NCBI GenBank assembly: GCA_964247055.1
Contig: OZ176056.1
Span: forward strand, 9,362,001-9,426,000
Source of the DNA: Paragordius varius
Taxonomy: Eukaryota; Animalia; Nematomorpha
Direction of reading: 5' to 3'
Length of the DNA stretch: 64,000 nucleotides
Shown here: in pieces, positions 12,501 to 24,569 of the stretch
Position numbering within the stretch: position 1 is the stretch's first letter
Layout: every line of letters starts with the position of its first letter
Notes under the pieces: generated by a model
The model's database searches: none
The model's input: the letters and a program-made list of their open reading frames with translations, nothing else
Told to the model about the DNA's origin: nothing
Translations under genes and position numbers: made by a program

Positions 12501-13879
12501 AACCAACTTGAACTGTTCAAGGACCAACTTGAATTGTTCAAGGACCAACTTGAAGTGTTCAAAAACCAACTTGAACTGTTCAAGGACCAACTTGAAGTGC
12601 TCAAGGACACTTCTGAAGTGCAAATGGTATACAAACCTCTGTGTTATAGAGCCATGCGGTATATATATATTTAAACAATACAAAAAATACAGTAAAATTG
12701 ATATAATAAATCCCAAACGTTAAAAAACATTATAAAAAAGAGATACTTTTTAAACCTTTATTTTTTAGTACCGATCGTTATGGGTGGCATAATATGTAAT
12801 ATAATGTAAAGTCTATACATTCAACAATTGTAATTTTTGTTTTATATAAAAAATGTTTGAAAAACTATGTTGCGCTTTGTTGTATATAAAAATAAAAAAA
12901 AAATTAAATTTATGCTAATTAAAAAGTTAAAATTAATTTCTTGTCAATATAATTTTTTTTATAAGAATTTGAGGCTTATTAAAATAATAGACAGATTTTT
13001 ATATTAAGCTTCTTTTAATTAACCTTAATTTAAGAGTTATTTTTTTATAAACGCCATTACTTAAATGATTATATTTGATAATATCCCATTGTAATAAAAA
13101 CACTTGAATGTTAATCGATAACTATATTTATACATTTAGCCCTTTTGCTTAGAATTTATAATGTAAAATATAATAACTTCATTGATTTTTGTGTTGAGGG
13201 CACTTTCTTCGTGAGTGTCGATGAGATCGCTTTCGATTTTTTCGACTTTGGAAGCGATAACAGAAATATCAGTTTTCAATTTTTCGTTTTTGCGTTTAAG
13301 GTCGTCGCAAATGAATTGAAGGTTAGGATTATGTTCAGATATTTTATGTTTTAATTCTTCAATTTTAACGATTAAATTGTCTTTACACTGAATTTTGGCT
13401 TGCCAATCACTTATGAATTTTAGGGCTTCTTGTTCATATTTAGTGAAAGACTCATTGTTAGATTTGATATAATCCAAATATCCAAAAACAACATTCAAAA
13501 ATTTTATCCACCGTTGTGGTTCTAGATTACATTATTAAGTAAAATACCAGGTACTGTTATATCTGTCACATAAAAATCATCACAATTCAAGTCCGTTAAA
13601 GTGTTGTTAAAAAGAATTGCTGCCCCAAATAATTGAATATCAAAACAAATATTCGAATTACTTGATAGAAGATGTTCTAAAAAACGTTGAATAGTGGTAT
13701 CGAAATCGATATCGCAATAATCTAAAAAAGACTTTATTAAAGTCAATCTGGCTTCCATATCCTATATTATCAATTAAATTAACTTCTGCATACAAAATAG
13801 ACTGACAATGCAAATTTTTATCCGGAAAATGTTCTGAAAACTTTTCATTGAAATGTTCTATTTGTTGTTTTGAAATCAT
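9569..13879 (-). CDS. NUF2: Kinetochore protein Nuf2-like (Ndc80 complex), 6 exons, ~413 aa
   Basis: Exons 13879-13784, 13761-13548, 13521-13178, 11652-11542, 10865-10555 and 9734-9569 are all GT-AG and phase-consistent (1242 nt). The spliced protein reads LNCDDFYVTDITVPEPQRWIKFLNVVFGYLDY, resembling the Nuf2 CH-domain pattern C..DF...D...P...R....L....F..F, then a long coiled coil with MVEQP (cf. IVDSPE). Family call is from remembered motifs, not a search. Confidence 0.75.
9801..9896. mobile_element. Short hAT-like MITE remnant in NUF2 intron 5
   Basis: Imperfect terminal inverted repeats CAGAGCTTCGAAC / GTTCAAAGCCCTG. No clean 8-bp TSD. Confidence 0.4.
10165..10449. mobile_element. MITE family B (CCATTTAC termini, ~240-290 bp, TA-flanked)
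   Basis: TA|CCATTTACA...AATTCACCCTTG at the left end and GGGTGAA-TGTAAATGG at the right end. Same family as 45585-45871, 57961-58200 and 59261-59505. Confidence 0.75.
10984..11452. mobile_element. ~470-bp MITE in NUF2 intron 4
   Basis: Inverted repeats TCACCTTTTGGGGTAGTTTTCATCC (~10991-11015) and GGATGTAAAACAACCCCAAAAGGTAA (~11424-11449). Confidence 0.6.
11730..12627. mobile_element. Foldback-type element (family C), 898 bp, with arms built of 21-bp tandem repeats
   Basis: TA|CCATTTGCACTTCAAGAGTGTCC ... GGACACTTCTGAAGTGCAAATGG|TA. About 8 units of TTCAAGTTGGTCCTTGAACAY in the left arm and about 15 inverted units in the right arm. This explains the repetitive ORFs at 11691-12723. Confidence 0.9.
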
Positions 13880-14337
13880 TGCTTTTTGGCGCTCGAATTT
13901 GAATAAGTGCTAAAACTAAACCGGCTGATGTGCATAATCCACAAAATAAGGTGTTAAAAAACTCAGACAATATACATAATGTCCAAAAAATATCATTTCG
14001 AAATATAAATATTGTGATAGGAAAAATGTATAATGATTACCATGGAGCTTTTGGTTTTGGCCCCGAGTGATATAATAATAATCTTATTTACACTTTTGTG
14101 GTGAGTGCTCCACATCAGAAAATGGCAAAATTTGGGCTTATTTTTTAAAATAAAATTATTTATGAAAGTTAAAGGCTTCATTTCAAAAAATATCACTAAA
14201 CTACAAAAAATTCTACAAAAAAAACAAAATAATATTTTTAAAAAATTAAATTTTTAGATGTTGGCTTTGATAGTCCCAAGTTTTTTCTCTCTTGTAAAAT
14301 AGGCCAGTTTTCTTCACACTTAAATTCAACACATCCA

Positions 14338-16250
14338 TTTTAGTCTTTCAATTCAAATTAAGGTATTTTGATACCCCAGGCCTATTTAAAATAAAATTCT
14401 TTAAATATGGAAATTAAAACCATGGAAAAATTTTGCACTTATATAACATTTATAAACCGAAATATATAAAAATTTTTATTCAAAAATGCTTAATATTATT
14501 TGTTTTAAGCTAAAACCGAAAGGTAAAAATTTAGTCATCGCGACATGTGGTAATGGTATAATTGAAAAATAATACAGAATAAACCGCTTTTTCTATTTAA
14601 AAAATTAGCTTTAATTTTACCCTTAAAACTAAATAAAGACGATATTTTTTAAAAATTTTGTAAAATAAAAATGGCGTCGAATTGACATGGAACTATTTTT
14701 TCAAAACATAAATTTTTAGATACTTTGTCATATTTATAGAATTTTTATTAGGATAGAAGCATAAATTTTAATTAACACCGTTTCCTTCAGTAGTTTTTTA
14801 CAAATCCTAACTTTAATTTAGTTTGGAGTATTTAGATACCCCATTTTAATCGAAGTGCTAAAATAAGCGCAAAAATGCAGAATGTCCGCGATAAATATAT
14901 TAAATATATGCATTTTTAGCGAAAACAATATTCTAAAAAATGCATACTTTTAATTAATTATTAGCAAAGTTTTGTTGGTACCTACATCGCACTTGTTTGA
15001 CGCATGATGGAAACGGTATAAGACGCTTTTACACACATATTATAAAAACCTTTGCCGTATAAATCGATAATGTTGAACATTTCTAATATCTCATAAATTT
15101 GAAGCATGCCTTCGTCTTCAAATTAATATTAAATAAATAGTGTTTCAAATTCATAAAAATTTTGAGCCTATAAATTAAAATTCTAAGCGTTAAAAAATGT
15201 TTTAGACATCATTAAATATATAGTAAAAATGTTTTTATAATATCTAAAAGCGTTTTTATAGTTTCTATCAAGCTAAAAATAGTAAGAAGGTTACTTCTAC
15301 AAAATTATGCCAAAATCAAATTTTTGTAAAAATTATGCATTTTTAAAAAATATGGTGAAAATTCAGTATTATTTAATGTTTCTATCGTATCCAAGTATTT
15401 TGCGATTATTCTACGATACCAGCCCCTTCAAAAAAAGCGAAATTTGGGACTTTGGAATTTACATCTGATAAATAAAATTTTTTGAAATATTTTTTGTTTT
15501 TAATATGTAATTTATATATTTTTTAATATTTTTTGATATAAAGCATTTAGATTTCACCAGAAAAAATTTATTACAATGTGCCCTAATTTTGCATTTATAT
15601 GAAGCCCTTACTACAAAAATTTAATTTGCCCCTTATATTACTACACAAAACCAAAATCACCATGATATTCTGATACATTGTCCTTATAAAACGCCTTCAC
15701 CCATATTTCTATCTAAAATTGTAAATGTGAACGCTAATTATTTAAGTGGGTTGATTATTCTATTATTCATTTTTTTAACAATTTTTGTTTTCCAAAAAAT
15801 TTAACAAAAGGTTAAATTTTAAAATAATTTACATTTAATCTGAAATGCTAGGGATAGAGAGCATGAGTTAGCACTAAACCAAAAAATGTGTTTATTTATA
15901 TCGAACCTTGTTTTATCAAAAGTTAAGCCTTAAATTGCTATTTGAGCGTTGCAATAATTTTAACGATCTCATCCTCTATGCACGTTTCAGAAATTGCTAA
16001 AAGATATAGGGAATTTTAGTTTCTTTGATGATTTTGATTTTAGGGGGGAGCGGCAAAATAGAGGGTTGCCAAAAAAAAATCTATATTATTTTTATATCTC
16101 CCTGCGCTCAAATCGATATGAGTAAGCATAAATTTATAATTTTTCTTATACTACTTGGCCCACAACCAAACCAATTTATTCCTTAAATCGGATATTTTTG
16201 TTGCGTTGTAAAATGATTCGTAAGCGACTATACCAAAATTATGGACTTTT
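14338..16250. repeat. Dispersed non-coding repeat (probable non-autonomous transposon)
   Basis: ~14338-14720 matches ~24650-25030 and ~62040-62450. ~15690-15740 matches ~24572-24620. ~16040-16250 matches ~25145-25370 (e.g. CTTATACTACTTGGCCCACAAC, GTAAAATGATTCGTAAGCGAC). Confidence 0.7.
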
Positions 16251-16459
16251 AAATATTTATAGAAAATAATTAACCACTAATTACATTACCATTCTTGCAT
16301 ATCCCATACTAATATTTAAACACATTTTACGACTATTATCACAAAATTATGTACCTAATATATCACACCACTTCCGCACTTTATAAATTATTCACTTAGT
16401 TATTCAAATTCATATTTTGATCATATATATTACTTTATACCATCTCAGTTAACGTTATT

Positions 16460-19040
16460 ATGAATAATTTACTCATTCGCATTTGTTCCTGGAATCAAAA
16501 CAAAACACCCCTTTTACGAGGGATTAGTAACAAAAATCTTTATGACATAATTTGTTTGCAGGAAACAAAGATTAACGCTAATAGTACAACAAAAATGTCA
16601 CATAAATATACTCTGCACAACTCAGGAGCTAAAGGACAGTCACCAGGGGTAGGATACTTGATAAAAAAGAATAAAAAGAAGCATATTAAGAAATTCATAC
16701 CTAATGACCATAGATTATCTGAACTTTATATTAGAATTGGTGCGACCGACCTTGTAAAATATCGGCTTATGCTCCCCAAACAATCGTTGAGTATAGGGAA
16801 TTCTTAACAAATCTAAATACTATGTGCAGAAACATTCCATCCAAACACCTGGTTATCATTGGCGGTGATTTTAATTGCAAAGTAGGGGCCGATGCTTTCT
16901 CAAGTGCCGTGGGTAACCACGCCTTAGAAAAAAACAAACGCTCCTAGCCACCTTCTTCTTAAATTTTGTGAGCAGAATAATTATGTGATCGTTAACACAT
17001 TTTTAAAGGAAATAATCATGGTAAATACACCCACATCTCACGGGGAAAATGTCCTTCCCAAATCGAGCCTCTTCCTATTACCATCAAAAAACATAACCCA
17101 AATTAGGGATGCATATTGCGGCGTCTACTAGCTATTAAGCGATCATAAGCCAATATTCGAAGTCATGGGAAAAATTAGGAAAAAGAAACAAGTCAAAGCC
17201 GGCCCTTCTACAGAATGGGATACTATAATATCATCGTTAATCGACCCACTAGCAAGACCCACCATTTACACGGCAGACTGGATATCATACAGAACGAAAG
17301 ATCTTTTAGAGGCTTCCAAAAATTAATGTAATAAGACAAAAAAGAAATTCTGGAAAAAGAACAAACTAAACGCCCTTATACGAAGGGACAAACGATTATA
17401 TCTTTCCAAAATGTTTAATGAAATCAATAAATGGAACGCGCAAAAAGACACCGATCAGTGTTTCAGCTGTTAAAATTTTTGCAACGTAAACCAAAGAACT
17501 GCACATCAATTAAAACCAAGGGGAATCACACAGATGGCTTTCGAAGCTTACAGGACTACTACAAAAACCTCCTAGCCGATGACCTAGAGAAACAAAATTT
17601 TTCTAAAGTAGACTATCCATTCAATATTAGTATTAATAAACAAGAATTCACTCAAGCTATAAAGGATCTTAAAAAATTTAAAGCACCGGGACCTGATAAG
17701 ACCCTCACTTGGACATGAAAGGAAGAAATAGAATGGTGCAAAGAAAATATTTTAAAGTTATAAAAAACAACCTTATGCAAGGGAGCCTCCTTGAGTACTG
17801 GACGGAATTCGATATAATAAACATATCCAAAATTCCAACGCAACCAACCCTTCACAATTTAGAGGAATAGCTCTGGTCAATACCGTCTACAAATTTATAG
17901 CAAACATAGCATTAAACAGAATAAAGGAGATAGATGACACCATGCACTTTTCCATATGTGGATTTCGAAAAGGAGGCGGCTTGATGGACTCCCATTACTA
18001 ATAATGATCGAAAAAAGTCTAATCTACAATCACCAATTATGGATAGATTTCCTCGACTTAAGCAAAGCGTTCGATAAAGTTGATCGCTCCCAGATAGCAA
18101 AGCATATTCAACAATTAAACATCGAAGATAGTTGGAAAAATTTTATGATAAGCGTCCTTCTCAAAACAAACTGCAGAAGAGGTTTGGACGGAAGCTAATC
18201 TAAAATGATATACCCAACGTTTGGAGTCAAACAGGGGTGCCCCATGTCGTCAAAATTTTTTAACATGATAATAAATGACGCAATTATAAATCATAGCGGG
18301 AACCACTCCTTATTCCAAAGCTTATGCTATGCAGGCGACATTTGTATTATCGACTCAAGAGAAGTTTTCGAAAACAAACTAGTGATTTTGATTGAAGAAC
18401 TTAAAAAGAGCAACCTTCTACTAAACTTCCAAAAAACCAAGATCATTACAGGAAAACATATTGGGAGAAGAAATTCAAGTTGTAAAAAGTGAAATTCAAG
18501 TTGTAAAAAGTTTCGAATACTTAGGAGTATGCATCACGTCCGTCGGCTGCACAGGCGAAAACATCACACAGAGGTTGGCCTCAGATTCATATACTTACAG
18601 TTATGAAAGTTATGGAAATCTAATGAAATATCCCTAACTTAAAAGTACGAATCTTTAAGGTCCTAACCCTCACTAGATTGACGTTTGGAGCGGCAATCTG
18701 GCCGAAAAATGCAAGAGCAATCAACAAAATACAGGTCTCCATCAACAAATCCTTAAGGTAGATAACAGGCCACACCTTCTACGATAACAAAGTGATATCA
18801 AACGCGGATCTCTGGACCCTAACGGACATAATACCTTTAAAAGAAGCTACACCATTGATGGGACTTAACATCCTATCACACAGTCTTCGCCACAACATTG
18901 AAACCCCAACAAGCCATACACTACAATGGTATATTATTGATAATACCAAAAAACCTATTGGACACGTAAAGGCACATGGTTAGGAAGGATTCCACAAACG
19001 CTCAAGGATTTTAAGATTAGTGAAGAAACCTTTATTCATT
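16460..19040 (+). mobile_element. Degenerate non-LTR retrotransposon ORF (APE endonuclease + reverse transcriptase), a different family from 1-1250
   Basis: Endonuclease motifs ICSWN, DIICLQETK, GVGYLI, GGDFNCKVG, SDHK. RT motifs KAPGPD, FRGIAL, DFLDLSKAFDKV, GVKQGCPMS, YAGD (YADD mutated) and FEYLG. Multiple stops and frameshifts. Confidence 0.85.
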
Positions 19041-20275
19041 AATCTAAACAAAATACATGCAAAAAAACATCCAACATCATCAAACGAACGATTCTAGTAA
19101 AAATCAACGAGGAGGCACACAAAAAACATGTCATAAGAGTCCAAAAAGACTGGAAAAGAAGACTAAAGCCGCTGCCACAACTATTTGGACTGAGGTGACG
19201 CGGAACATCCCAACGGAAAACCACCAGATTCCGCAATCATATCAACAATCGGTACCTTAAGGTCCGAAATCAGAGTAACGATGACCTTTAGGCTATAATT
19301 ATGAAATCGTTACCCACTTGGACTATTTTATATGCCCTCTAATCGCCGTCAGGTAAACTATAACTGATAGATTAGACATTACCTATAACCTATTATTTTA
19401 TGTGATCATAATGTCATCTCTATATATTTGTGTTTAAGTTTTAAGCTCCTGACAACGAGAAAACGCACCAAAACTACTAACCCTATTCCTTTGGAGATCA
19501 ACGCAAAACTCACTCCCTGCTATATGACGATGACATCGGGACCGCTGATATTTGAGGGCTGATTACCAACAACTTTTATTTGAACCGGATACTTTACTTC
19601 AGATAGAATGATTTAATTAAGTCGGTAGTTTATTTTAAGGTTATTCCCACTGCTGAATAAGGTACAAATTTTTATTTTACAACGCTCTTTTAAAGTCAAT
19701 TAGCATTGATGTAATATTTACAACTAAATCTGTTAATGGTAACCTATATTACACTTAGTTAATAATATGGACTGCTTCCCACAGATATCCCACGAACAAA
19801 ATATACCACTGAAAGCATTAAATCATGAAAGACGCGACTCTGACGAGACTATTAGATAATCATTGTGGGAAGACGTTCTGGGAAACAATGTTGAAGCCGC
19901 TGATATTTGAGCAGGGCTGGTTACCAATCTGCGACATCTCTGTTGGTCGGAGTTGAGACTTAGCTCAGAGCAAATTCAACGACCACTTATCCCGGGTTAG
20001 CGTCCCAGTTGAAGGTACAACTGAAACATAGCCGCACGAAGGGGTAACGTTGACGCTTGTAATGTCTAATATGTCCAAAATTGGTCTACCTTAAAGGCCA
20101 CACCCATTTAGAAGCAAAAGAAAACCCCTTCCACACCAAAGATAAGAGCTTAAAATTAATTTTACATTTGACCCGACATAGACCTTTGACATTACTTTTT
20201 GGAGTAAGCTGTTTGTACGGTTATTTAAATTCAAATAATGCTTTTACCTACCTAAAATAGCGAAATTAACATTTC

Positions 20276-20280
<5 letters not shown>

Positions 20281-20308
<28 letters not shown>
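20281..20308. repeat. (AT)n microsatellite; others at 51440-51472, 59863-59892 and 60150-60187
   Basis: Direct reading of pure AT dinucleotide runs. Confidence 0.95.
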
Positions 20309-20311
<3 letters not shown>

Positions 20312-21828
20312 GCTTATTAACTATTCTAACTCCCATTAACACATATAACATGAAAACATATATTTATGTATGTAGATACTAACGGCAAACCCAACCTCCG
20401 ATGTGTTTCCCCCCTCTGAAGCTCAATGCATTACGTGTGAATAGGGATTTGCCTTGACGCCAGGTGGCCGACCATCTTCCCACGCTACAACCTTTACTTG
20501 TTTACGAAAATTATGACTTACATTTATACATCATATATTTATTCATCAAAAACATTTATTTGATCTAAACTGTGAATAATGTGTGCCAAGAATATACCAT
20601 CTTAAATATCCTTATTTTTTTGGAATTAATATTATTGACTAACAAATGTTTTTCAATTTTAGTAAACAAAGTCCTGCCGTAAGTATGACAGTAAATATCT
20701 AAATTACGACATAAAGACTAAAATAAAAATATTATAAAAATTGAAACCGTACCCATTTTAATATACCATCGGGTTTGTATGAAAAATATTACGTTGTGAA
20801 TTTAAGTTTTCTTAACAAAATCTTTTAATTATTACGTTTTGTGTTTATAATAACTCTCGATAATACTCCAAATAAATATTGTGTCAACATAAACAACTGT
20901 TAAGCATAGATAATTGTTAAAGGGACATATTAAATTTTGGTTATCAAAGACTAATACATCGAAAATAGTATAATGGACTAGTTGATAATAGATGGGGTAT
21001 TATAATGAAGATATGAAATAAATATGCCAATTTATTTTCTTAAGAGTTCAACGATCAACCAACATAGATGTTTACGGCCCTCAGATATGACTGTTAATAG
21101 AAAAAATATTTATAGAGCTATTTTTAGAATCGAATCAAATGATTTGATTGACACCATTTACAGATATTAATATAAATGGCAACGGGAATAGTAAGATTGG
21201 AAATTTAAATAAACGAAAAAATGTAAACTATTGATATTCTAGAGTATATTATTTATTTTGTGTTAATACAGGTATAAACAGCACAAGCGACTGGCTACAC
21301 CCTGGATTTGGTTTGATAATGCTTCATATTTTTTGCATCGTTTTATGGTAATCGAAAGGAAAAACTTATCATGATAGATAGGGAGGGCTCTTATAATAAA
21401 ATTTCTATAATTTAAATAGACAGGGTCTGATTTAGAGGGTAATCATTGGAATGTAAAATTCCTTTCATCCCTATCGTTTATTAAAATAGACATCTTTTAA
21501 ACAATATAGGTAAAAGAACAGTTGTAATATTAAATGTTGGTGTCATGTAGAATATCTAATCCGATCAAAATAATGATAAATACCAAAAAAATGTTTTTTT
21601 GTTTACAATTATCCATTCTCCTCACAGAGTTTTGAATTCATATACGTAGATCAGGGCTTCTTAAACTATGGGTCACGAGTGATAAAAATACAATTTAACA
21701 AAAATGTTTTTTATCTTGTAAAATTATTGTTATAAAGAAAAATAACAATCATTGTAGATTAATATATCATAAAATCTTCTGGTTCGGAAAGACTGTTTAT
21801 GCCAGCATTTCTATTCCGATCATTATAA

Positions 21829-23081
21829 TCTATATATTTATAAAACTGAAAAATTCTGGCTGGTGATCTGTTCCCGGAAAACCGGTAGACCCATTCAAAT
21901 CCAAATGTCGAAAAAACATAATCCATAATGATTGCCCCGACAATAGTTTTGCGCTTTAGGCTGCCAGTTCGGGCCCATCCCGTGTAAAAACGAGTTTTTT
22001 TGAAAACACAAGTCCAGAAAAATCGTGTCTTAAAGACAATTTTCCGGAAATTTTGTTGGACTATTCGATTTTAAATATGATTATTTTCATTTTTTCCATT
22101 TGCACCGAACCTAGTCGGCTTACTTTTTTAATTTAGGCTCTCTTTTTACCCGTTTCATCCGTAAAATGCCATTTTTTTCAAAAAAACTTAATAATTTTTT
22201 GCCCAGGGTATGAGACCGTTAAAATTCACTGATTTGAGTTATTCTCTGTTAAAAGGCAAAAATTTTAGCCTTGCGTTTTTTAAATATTGGCTGCTGGGTA
22301 AACAGATAGCCGCTAAAACTGCGCCACTATATAGAAATTGCATTGTTTTGGAGTTAATTTACAGAAAATTCATGAATATGAGCTCATTAAAAGCTTGAAA
22401 TATTACCCGTAACTAGGTATTCGGTAGGGTTTTTTTATTAGCCGTTAATTTGGGGCTTTTATGCCCTAAAACGCCATCATATAACTATTATTAGTGTTTA
22501 TTTTTTCGAATAACCCATGTGACGATGGTATCAAAAATGATTCCAAATATTTACCCTTGAAAAGCAAAGAATTTTACTAAGCGCTTTTTCCATATAGGTC
22601 TATTGGTAGGGGTCTACCGGTTTAAAACTCAGACGCCATACAAAATAAGCGGAGCTGATTTAAAAAAAATTAAGAAGCCATCGAGTTCAGTTAAACACAT
22701 TTCTGAGGAATTTGTATTATATCATTCTTTCCTTTAAAAAGGGATCACAAATGATTTACTTTTTATATCCCTTGATCCCAGCTATGTGAACGTAATTTCA
22801 AAATAAAACTTTTAACCATAATTTCGTAAAACGAAAATCTCAAAATAAATCCAATGATAGTTGAATATTAACATTAATAAGGGACCGATTAAATATGGTC
22901 AATTTCGCGTAAACAATATTTCAGCCTCTGCAAAAACCAGTAAAAGAATAATTAAAGGCATTCTTTTTATTAAATATGTTGATTATTAATTTTTTATCTC
23001 CATTAACTCTATTTATTGTACATTATTAAGAATAATTATCGGTGATACTACGCCACACCGATGCGTGACCGGGCCAGCTAG
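21829..23081 (+). mobile_element. Non-autonomous Helitron, 1253 bp, containing one copy of the satellite monomer
   Basis: 5' A|TCTATATATTTATAAAA. 3' GC-rich CGCCACACCGATGCGTGACCGGGCCAG-CTAG|T. Inserted between A and T with no TSD, as expected for Helitrons. The 3' hairpin is weak. 21860-22320 is homologous to the array monomer. Confidence 0.75.
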
Positions 23082-23558
23082 TATCTTGTATAAATTTACT
23101 ATGAATCAGAAAATGTTATAAAAACTTATAAAAAATTTAGATTTATTTTTGTCAATCTCTCAAAACCGAAATAATCCTGATAAATATTATCAACAAAATT
23201 TCTAAGTGTTATTTTGAAGAAAGTATTTTTTCTTTTATATTTGTTGGGGTTAAGAAACTCGCAATCATAAATGGGGTCGGGAACTACAAAAGTTAAGGAA
23301 GCCATGCATTAGATTAACGATTTATCTCTATTTAAAATTGTTTTATAAAGGTCAATAATAAAAATATTTTAAAGACACCCAACCTTTTTGATTCATCAAA
23401 ATTTCCCTCTTGAAATCTAGCCAAAAACTCAATATCAAACTAAGCAACAAAGTGTTTTTTTCATCATATATTAACATAATATTAAATGCATTAATTTATT
23501 TTAATTGATAAGTGATAAAATTACTAAAAATTGTGTTGAATTTGGTTCATCATCAGAA

Positions 23559-23717
23559 TCATGGGCTTGGAGTGGTGGCATCAGTATAAATTCGCCCCTT
23601 AGTGGTTCGGGCAGGTTTTCTTCTGTTTGGTGGATCGATATTTCTATTACAATCAATCGTAACAATCAGGCTTAGAAAAAGCGTTAAGAGACCAATAAGG
23701 CATTTCAGCAAATTCAT
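23559..23717 (-). CDS. Candidate 52-aa small secreted peptide ORF (below ORF-track cutoff)
   Basis: MNLLKCLIGLLTLFLSLIVTIDCNRNIDPPNRRKPARTTKGRIYTDATTPSP*: signal-peptide-like N-terminus in a GC-enriched island. No homology recognised. Confidence 0.3.
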   Translation of the reverse strand: MNLLKCLIGLLTLFLSLIVTIDCNRNIDPPNRRKPARTTKGRIYTDATTPSP

Positions 23718-24569
23718 TGGAAATAATAAATGAATAACTATTAGTCAGTCTGTTTTACTAAAAAAATATTGTAAATTATATTAGAAAAATATCCTATTTA
23801 TAGGTTTTTTTGGTATGTAAGCGAAAGGGCACACCTTATCATATTTTATATTTTTATATAATGATATGCAAAAATAATATAATAAATGCATTCCAGGAAA
23901 ACTAACCGTTTTGATAAGGTGTGATATGATATAGCGTCTTACCAAACATAAAATTTAGTAAACGATTGTCAAAAGATCTTGTGAGGTATATTATAAAAAT
24001 ATTTTAGTTTTAGGGCTTATTTCTTTTTAAGGAAACATGCATTTATAATGAATGAGAAAACTGGCTAGCAGGTTGTGGTATTTAACTCATCCTATTAATT
24101 TAACACTGCTACTTAAAATCAGTAACGAATTTAATCTTAAATAATATGGATATAAATATATTGTTATATGACAATAAATTACGTATAATATGTTCTCATA
24201 TTATCGAGACTATAAATTTTTTATAATACAATTACTTAGGTAATCAGTGACGAGTATTAACTTTTAGGGCCTATTGCTTTCTAAGGACACATATATTTTA
24301 TTTTAATATGCAATCATCTTATTATGTTTTCTTATAGAGTAATCCTATTTTTTATATTTTTTAACAATAATCAGTAACGAATTTAACAAAATTAAAATTA
24401 GTAAGAAATATTATCCAAATCCATGTTGGGTAAGTTTTGGGTTGAGAAACAACCGGCCTTCAAAAAAAATTGGTTGCAGGTTAAGAATAATTAATCTACT
24501 CAATTGTTTTTGATTTATTTAAACCAGATTAAAATGCAAATAGTCATATGAATTTTAATTGTTGTAGAG

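Noticed and set aside
11691-12723. Overlapping ORFs with heptad repeats (FKDQLEL, SSWSLN, CSRTNLN) that resemble a leucine zipper or repeat protein
   Set aside because: They are by-products of a stop-poor 21-bp repeat inside a TA-flanked foldback element within a NUF2 intron, and are open in several frames on both strands.
9569-13521. Calling the coiled-coil gene NDC80
   Set aside because: The Ndc80 CH motif (GYP...S.....G..H.WP) is absent, and the DxxxPxxxR pattern fits Nuf2 better.
9569-13879. A functional link between the kinetochore gene and the flanking satellite arrays (centromere locus)
   Set aside because: Nothing in the sequence connects them, and small Helitron-derived arrays next to genes are unremarkable.
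18470-18511. 21-bp tandem duplication GAAATTCAAGTTGTAAAAAGT
   Set aside because: A simple slippage event in a dead LINE, unrelated in sequence context to the foldback 21-mers.
24000-24400. AATCAGT(A/G)ACGA recurring about every 125 bp
   Set aside because: Only three diverged copies with no termini or other structure, so most likely an old tandem-repeat remnant.
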